Positions 56,344-64,000 of a DNA stretch of 64,000 nucleotides are shown one piece after another. The position numbers and the translations under genes were made by a program. Source of the stretch: Eledone cirrhosa (lineage: Eukaryota); assembly GCA_964016885.1 (NCBI GenBank), contig OZ024760.1:4898001-4962000 (forward strand), given 5' to 3'. Positions within the stretch are counted from its first letter, which is position 1; each line of letters starts with the position of its first letter. The notes under the pieces are model-generated. The model saw only the letters and a program-made list of their open reading frames with translations. It did no database searches and had not been told where the DNA came from.

Positions 56344-58247
56344 ATTTACATTACTCTATATTTACTATTGTATTTTCATGGTAAAGGTTTTACCTCACGT
56401 AATATCGGCATTTACATTACTCTATATTTACTATTGTATTTTCATGGTAAAGGTTTTACCTCACATACTATCTCACATAACATTTACATTACTCTATATT
56501 TACTATTGTATTTTCATGGTAAAGGTTTTACCTCACATAATATCTCACATAACATTTACATTACTCTATATTTACTATTGTATTTTCATGGTAAAGGTTT
56601 TACCTCACATAATATCTCACATAGCATTTACATTACTCTATATTTACTATTGTATTTTCATGGTAAAGGTTTTACCTCACATAATATCGCACATATCATT
56701 TACATTACTCTATATTTACTATTGTATTTTCATGGTAAAGGTTTTACCTCACATAATATCTCGCATAACATTTACATTACTCTATATTTACTATTGTATT
56801 TTCATGGTAAAGGTTTTACCTCACATAATATCTCACATAACATTTACATTACTCTATATTTACTATTGTATTTTCATGGTAAAGGTTTTACCTCACATAA
56901 TATCGCACATATCATTTACATTACTCTATATTTACTATTGTATTTTCATGGTAAAGGTTTTACCTCACATAATATCTCACATAACATTTACATTACTCTA
57001 TATTTACTATTGTATTTTCATGGTAAAGGTTTTACCTCACATAATATCTCACATAACATTTACATTACTCTATATTTACTATTGTATTTTCATGGTAAAG
57101 GTTTTACCTCACATAATATCTCACATAACATTTACATTACTCTATATTTACTATTGTATTTTCATGGTAAAGGTTTTACCTCACATAATATCTCACATAA
57201 CATTTACATTACTCTATATTTACTATTGTATTTTCATGGTAAAGGTTTTACCTCACATAATATCTCACATAACATTTACATTACTCTATATTTACTATTG
57301 TATTTTCATGGTAAAGGTTTTACCTCACATAATATCTCACATAACATTTACATTACTCTATATTTACTATTGTATTTTCATGGTAAAGGTTTTACCTCAC
57401 ATAATATCTCACATAACATTTACATTACTCTATATTTACTATTGTATTTTCATGGTAAAGGTTTTACCTCACATAATATCTCACATAACATTTACATTAC
57501 TCTATATTTACTATTGTATTTTCATGGTAAAGGTTTTACCTCACATAATATCTCACATAACATTTACATTACTCTATATTTACTATTGTATTTTCATGGT
57601 AAAGGTTTTACCTCACATAATATCTCACATAACATTTACATTACTCTATATTTACTATTGTATTTTCATGGTAAAGGTTTTACCTCACATAATATCGCAC
57701 ATATCATTTACATTACTCTATATTTACTATTGTATTTTCATGGTAAAGGTTTTACCTCACATAATATCTCACATAACATTTACATTACTCTATATTTACT
57801 ATTGTATTTTCATGGTAAAGGTTTTACCTCACATAATATCTCACATAACATTTACATTACTCTATATTTACTATTGTATTTTCATGGTAAAGGTTTTACC
57901 TCACATAATATCGCGCACATCATTTACATTACTCTATATTTACTATTGTATTTTCATGGTAAAGGTTTTACCTCACATAATATCTCACATAACATTTACA
58001 TTACTCTATATTTACTATTGTATTTTCATGGTAAAGGTTTTACCTCACATAATATCTCACATAACATTTACATTACTCTATATTTACTATTGTATTTTCA
58101 TGGTAAAGGTTTTACCTCACATAATATCGCACATATCATTTACATTACTCTATATTTACTATTGTATTTTCATGGTAAAGGTTTTACCTCACATAATATC
58201 TCGCATATCATTTACATTACTCTATATTTACTATTGTATTTTCATGA
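56344..58247 (+). repeat. 72-bp satellite, about 26 copies, expanded inside a TTAA MITE (56330-58376)
   Basis: Unit catttacattactctatatttactattgtattttcatggtaaaggttttacctcacataatatctcacataa; array flanked by the MITE left end and the rest of the MITE body with its right TIR. Confidence 0.97.
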
Positions 58248-58469
58248 TTTTGATATTATTTATTTTGAGAACAATACCTTAAAGTCTGTATGAGCGGCTG
58301 GTTATATAGCTGGTTTGAACAGAAAGAGGTGAGAGAATTCTGGTGGACATGGCCTGTTTAAATGTTAAAGGGTTAACTGAATGTTAACTGAATTAAAGGC
58401 TTTCTAAATGAGTTCATCCCAATTATTTTCAGCCATAATGTTTCTTTTTAATATCTATTTATCTACTGT

Positions 58470-58875
58470 CCGTTATGCCTATTGGCATGTAGAGCGGCAC
58501 CAAAGGTACTCCACTCCTGTCTGTCCTGGGCCAGCTTCTGGAGGGTACCCCATGTCTGTTGCCAGGTTTTCATCTTTCCCTCAACTGTTTTGTGCCAGGT
58601 GTTCTTTAGCCTTCCTTGTTTTTGCTTGCTTTTCGTGTCCAGTGAAGGGCTGTTCTTGGGAGCCTATCTTGCTCTCTTCTGAGAACATGCTCTATCTGCT
58701 GCCATCGCCTTCTGAGAAGGATTGCTGATATATTCTCCTGTTGGCTTGGCCTCTTCCTAGCAATTCCCCATTGGAGATCTTTTCAGACCAAAAAAATTCT
58801 AAGGATTCTTCTAAGATTGTTTGTGTGAAAGACTGATAGTTTGGTCAGTTTCTACTTAGCCATTCTCCAGCATTC
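58470..58875 (-). pseudogene. Decayed 3' fragment of another RTE-like LINE
   Basis: Minus-strand RW..IEHVLRR..DRLPRTALHWT-like remnants. Confidence 0.5.
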
Positions 58876-59385
58876 TGAGCTTGTACATAATGGGTATTAT
58901 ATGGCCGTGAGTGGGCGGTGGTCCCAAAAAATTTGAGAACCTCTGATCTAGCAGAACAGGTCAGATCTAGAGAAGTAAGCTTCAATAAAAATCCTGCTTG
59001 GCTCATAATAAGCAGTAGCTCATACAATGATTTAATTACATGACTTCAACATTGTGAACATCAGTAGCTTCGCTGATGATCGACTATTAATCCGACAATG
59101 GATTGGCACAACTGCTCCAGTTAGCAGAGAAATCTATGAATATGCAGGTGGAGCAAGCCCCATATATCCTAGCCATTAGAAAAAGCAAAATGGATGCTTC
59201 GCCTTCAATGGAGAGATGACTCATGATGATCTTAAGTCCAATGCCCTAACCACTAGGCCACAGAGGTGGTATGCAACTAGCTGACTCTACTTTGCGGCTT
59301 CTGCTTATCTTTCCTCTTCTTCCTTATTTCTTCTCCTCTCTCTTTCAAACTCCTTATAACTGATGAATGGCTTTTTGTTTTCCAG

Positions 59386-59488
59386 TGCACGTGGTATAAA
59401 GATGTATCAAGGCATCTCCAATGAATACACTGACCACTTACAGCACCTCATTGATCGACAGAGGTCAGCTCGAAAGTCAAAACCAATC
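59386..59488 (+). CDS. TDRD7: TDRD7-like exon 3 (YARGIKMYQGISNEYTDHLQHLIDRQRSARKSKPI)
   Basis: ttccag acceptor phase 2, atc|gtatgt donor phase 0; TxHLxxLIxRQR is the extended-LOTUS C-terminal helix. Confidence 0.8.
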
Positions 59489-60154
59489 GTATGTATTCTT
59501 ATCAATAATATTTCCTGCATGCAAAGTATGATGATGATGATGATCATCATCACCATTTTACATCTGTTTTTTTTCTTCTTTCTATGCTTGTATAGGCTGG
59601 AGAGGTCTTTTCCAGAATACCACCCTTCTAGTGATTTGAGACCAGCTCTCACAACCTCTGCCCAGGTCTTCCTTGGTTTTCCTCAACTGTAACTTCGTTT
59701 CACTGGGAAACTGAGATTTCTTGGCACTTCTTCACCCAACAATCATTCACATACATCAAATGATCATATCAGCACACCACATCTGATACTGTTTGTGTAC
59801 ACTAACATAACATGACCATACCAGCTCAGTGTGCACTGGTATGGACATGTGATGTGTGACTGGATGATAGTTGCGGGGAAGAAATGCCAGGAGTTCAGTG
59901 GAAGGAAGCTGCAGCAGAGGACGACCAAGGAAAACCTGGGCAGAAATGGGGCCTAAATCAGAAGCCATTATTGTTGTTATTGTTATTTATTTGTGTGTTT
60001 TTATCATTCCTAGAGCACCTATTATTATAGGTATTGTTTCTGTTTTCATTTTCCACATTTGAGTTATTTCCATCTCTAGATCTTTTATATTTGGAGAGTT
60101 TCTCACTAATATTATTATTTTTTTTTTTTCTCTTTTCTCTTTTGCCAATTTTAG

Positions 60155-60445
60155 CCTAGCCGGCGACGTCCTATGTGTGCCAATGAAAATCTTCAGAACT
60201 CCAATTTCAGACACAACAGCTTCAGGCATGAAGATAATCGAAAGCGATACCCAAACGTCCGAGTGACTGTTGATGGTTCGGGTCGTGGGCAGCAGGTAAA
60301 CTATCGGGGCGATGTGAAAAGATCAGTGGAAATGGGAGACATCAATGCAAATTGCAACAAACATGAACCAAAGTCTGGGCTGATGCCTCTGTCCAATACT
60401 TTACGTGTGTTTGAAAAAGCTGTCAAAGACATTTCCAGCAATGAG
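60155..60445 (+). CDS. TDRD7: TDRD7-like exon 4 (low-complexity linker)
   Basis: Long pyrimidine tract and ttttag acceptor, 97 open codons in phase 0, gag|gtattt donor. Confidence 0.65.
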
Positions 60446-61094
60446 GTATTTTTTTTTGTGTTTTTATGTAATTGAATTTTAGTTTTGTTTTTGTGTTTTT
60501 ATGTAATTGAATTTTAGTTTTGTTTTTGTCTTGTGTTATGATAATTGTTTGTTTCGGAACTGCATGGTTTGGGGTTCAGTCCCACTGCGTGGAAAATTTA
60601 CCTGCAATACTATGGGCATGTGGCTAGAATGTCTCAGGAAAGAATCGCTGGACAGATTTTATGGGCAAAACCAACCGACAGGAGACCCAGGGTTAGACCA
60701 GTAGACCCCAAACAAGCTGGTTGGATGACATCCATGAGCTTGGCTGGTCTCGCTTGAGGATCCAGCTGGATCAGTTGGAGATGGTTGCTTCTGACAAGAC
60801 AGACCCGCTGGAAGGAGTGTTTGAGGACTGCTCCCACGACTCTCTCAGGAATAAGTGGGCGAAGAAGAAGTCTATATAGTACAATAGCTTTGGGCTGAAT
60901 TCTTTCTTTTTTCTTTTAGTCCCGTAACTCCCAAGGGAGTGGTTGGGGTGCCGTATTAACATACAACATTTCTAGGGCATTTTAAAACCTGACAACGTCC
61001 ATCCCCTCTTTAGATTTCTTCCAGAGAAGGATAAAGAGTGAAAGAATGGAAGTGAGAAAGAGACTTGTGGCTGGAGTAAAGCACTAGCCAGCAA

Positions 61095-61745
61095 GACAAA
61101 GAATGACCTGGTGATGGAACAGCACAGTCGAGACAGCTATTAAAGCCAAGAGACAGGCATGGAAAGACTGGAAAAATGGGGGTAGCAGAAACCAGTACGA
61201 AGTTTCTAAGAGAGAAGATAGATGACGGGTATACACGGCTAGGAACGAGGCTGAAAAATGAAAGTTTGCCAATGTCTTGAGATGTGAGGATCAAAGACGT
61301 GAAGTGTTTCGGATTGCAAGGCTGTGTGTTAATGTAAATTGAGATGTTGTTGGGGGAAAATGTGTCAGAAATTACGTTGGTTCACTTAGGACCACTGATA
61401 CCCCAAAAGAAAGAAGCCTGGAAATGTTATTATGAGAGATTGATGACTGCGAGGAAGAGAAACTACCCCCAACTTAGCCAACAGAAGGACCCGCTTTGAA
61501 GTTGACAGCTATAAGGTCAAAGAAAAAATCAAAGAGATGAAGATTGGTAAAGCTGAGGGACCGTCAAAGATAGATGCTGAGATGCTAAAAACAAAGTGAA
61601 AAGTAGGAGTCTAACTTGTAATCCATGTAGTCAATCAGGTAATACAGGACAGTCATATCCAATGACTGGTGAAGCAATACAATCATAAATTGCTACAAGG
61701 GCAATGGTGATGCTCTAGAAAGGAGCAACTACAGAGGAATAAAAT
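61095..61745 (+). pseudogene. Decayed RTE LINE internal fragment
   Basis: TWxWNSTVE..IKAK.QAWK.W, REVFRIA, NCYKG.GDALERSNYRG remnants. Confidence 0.75.
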
Positions 61746-61836
61746 CATCACCGTTTTTCCATGCTAGCATGGGTTAGATGGGTTGTCCCGTTTGAGGAGA
61801 TTTTGGTTAGGTGGCCGTGTCTTGCTCACACAGAAC

Positions 61837-61869
<33 letters not shown>

Positions 61870-62100
61870 ATATAAATAGGGAGACACAAAGCAGGCTTTG
61901 TTTTCAAACAGCTAGCGAATTTGTAAATTAGGTAGTAACACATGCTTGTGCCATTATTTGACTAAATAGAATTCGTCTGTTAGGATGAGTAATGATGTAC
62001 ATGGATCACGAACCCACATCTTTGGTTTGGTGGACCAATGTGTTACCATTGGTCCAGAAAACCAAAGATGTGGGTTTGTGTCCCATGTATGTCAATGTAC

Positions 62101-62143
<43 letters not shown>

Positions 62144-62506
62144 GAGCGAGACATGGTCACCTGACTAATCTTGCCTCAAGTGGGGCAATTCTCGTCTAAA
62201 CCCATGCTAGCGTTGAAGATAGACGTTAAACGATGATGATGATGATATATATATATAAAATTAGTATTGACGTACATGGGACACAAACCCACATCTTTAT
62301 ATGTCATCATCATTTAACGTATATCTTCCACGCTAGCATGGGTTAGACAGGAATTGTCCCGTTTGAGGTAAGATTGGTCGGGTGACCGTGTCTCGCTCGT
62401 ATAGGACTATCTGGCAGGTTTTCTATGATTGGATGCCTTTCCTAACACCAACCATATATATATATATATATATGATCACTATGTATTGTTTTCTTTCCTA
62501 ACCTAG

Positions 62507-62579
62507 CAGGTATCATATGGCTCAGTGAACTCATTCCCCTTGGCCCCCAGATTTCAAAAACAGAAGAACACTACCCCAG
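62507..62579 (+). CDS. TDRD7: TDRD7-like exon 5 ((Q)VSYGSVNSFPLAPRFQKQKNTTP)
   Basis: Tandem acceptor TAGCAG, phase 0 in, g|gtaagt donor phase 1. Confidence 0.6.
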
Positions 62580-63615
62580 GTAAGTGGATATTTGAACCTT
62601 TGGTGAAATTATGAAGGATCGTCTACATAGAGGCTTATTTATAGCATTGCATGCATGCATGGTCCCGTAATGTCTGATGGCGTGCACTGCATTGACAGTA
62701 TTTCTGAGGCATTTTAAAACCTGGTGGAGCTCAACTCCTCTCCAGGTCTCAATACAAAAGATTTCTTCCAGAGAAGGAAAGAATGAGTGAGAGAATGGAA
62801 ATGAGAAAGAGATATACAGGAAGAATCGACTACAGTACTTTTTTTAAAATTTAAAATGAAAGTGATTTTGTCATGGCCCCAATACTTTTTCTCATGGTCT
62901 TTTCGTTTATTACTATTATTATTATATGTATATATAAGCATGTATTCCTGCATGCACAACTACAAATACAATTTATTTAAAAAGGAAAGTCTTTACTTGA
63001 ATTTTAATATAAATTTTCACAATGATCTGTCCACTAGTAAAGATACTAAAAATATTTGATAATAACATCCTTGCTTTTAGATATTTTCTGCTAAATCATT
63101 GCAGTGTTAATTTATAATTATTTGTAGACATTTTGTCACGGTAGAAAATGGTGGACTCTAGATGAATGATGGCTGTGTGTGTTTCGTGTCTAGGGACAAA
63201 ATTTGTGCTTGGCAGTAATGGCCACCAGTTGTCTGTTTGGTAACTGTGGATACTTTGTGCTTGGCGACAGTGGATTCTTTATTGATACAATTTATGTACA
63301 CTGTGTTCACTTATTATGCAAAGATGCGTTGGTGAATGTGGCATGTAAAGCAAATTCACGTAATTCAAGTCTAATTTTCCCATTTAACCCTTTAGCATTT
63401 ATACCGGCCATATCTGGCCGAAATTCTCTCACCTCTTTCTATTCAAACCGGCTGTAACTGGCCACTCATTCTGACGTGAAGGTATTGTTCTCAAAATAAA
63501 TATCTAAATCACGTAGATTCAATATTATGAGATAAATCCTTTACCACAAAATACAATAGAATATATAGAGTAATGTAAATGTTAAAGGGTTAAATTAGTG
63601 GAAATGCAACTTAAT

Positions 63616-64000
63616 ATCATCATCATCATCATCATCGTTTAACATCCCTGTTCCACGCTTGCATGGGTTTGGACGGGGGTTTTCCCACTTGAGGCAAGAG
63701 TGGTTGTCTTGCTCGCATAGGACTGTCTGGCGGGTTTTCTACAGCTGGATGCGCTTCCTAACACCAACCACATTTACAGTGTGGAGCTGGGAGGTTTTTA
63801 CCGTGTTGCCTACACGGCCACATTACAGCGTGGACTGTGTGTTTTTTGTCGTGACACCTACACGATCTCGTTTGTTTCGGCCTGGATGTTGTGGCACCAA
63901 CATAACTTTGCATTGAAGGGAGCGGTGTGGATGGGGTGGGACGGGGGTGTATTTTGTTAGAGATGCCTACTGACTAGTAGGTTTAACTTTGTATTTAGGT
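63616..64000 (-). mobile_element. 3' end of another copy of the RTE family (continues beyond the window)
   Basis: (CAT)n tail and 3' UTR matching 13781-14295 with some substitutions and one repeat unit missing. Confidence 0.9.

Noticed and set aside
56203-58293. 696-aa and 670-aa repeat ORFs
   Set aside because: They come from a 72-bp non-coding satellite derived from a MITE; the real exon 56158-56263 is in another frame and ends at a gtaagt donor
62000-62055. tRNA gene on the minus strand (and SINE heads elsewhere)
   Set aside because: Only anticodon-arm and B-box-like parts are present; no complete cloverleaf or acceptor stem

Overview
AT-rich, repeat-dense eukaryotic DNA with spliceosomal introns. 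The repeat complement (RTE LINEs with (GAT)n tails, tRNA/Meta-domain SINEs, Penelope-like elements, very long (TA)n tracts) suggests a mollusc, probably an octopod cephalopod; this is inference. Three host genes lie on the + strand, assembled by reading GT-AG sites and frame phases. (1) The 3' exons of WASHC2/FAM21 (CPI motif, acidic DDIF/LF repeats, C-terminal EDPLN), ending at 20571. (2) An intronless HYLS1 (24567-26213) with a Thr/Asn-rich insert and a compact Forkhead/X-box/CTCF motif cluster just upstream. (3) The first five coding exons of an eLOTUS-domain gene most similar to TDRD7 (53242 to beyond 62579). Mobile DNA includes an intact-ORF RTE LINE with an internal PHD finger plus a near-identical truncated copy in inverted orientation, two 5'-truncated Penelope-like elements (YRDD RT seen in one; CxCx5C linker and GIY-YIG in both), a deleted DD37D/maT transposon, about 11 TTAA piggyBac-type MITEs, MetaSINEs and a CR1 fragment. 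The most striking unannotated signals are about nine hammerhead-ribozyme motifs (five in sense in one WASHC2 intron, some with a U3:A8 core covariation) and two short palindromes that fold back exactly at hammerhead stem II. There are also two satellites born from TE sub-repeats (48 bp x ~54 and 72 bp x ~26) and an 8.4-kb complex TA tract. Most long ORFs in the supplied track are microsatellite or satellite artefacts.
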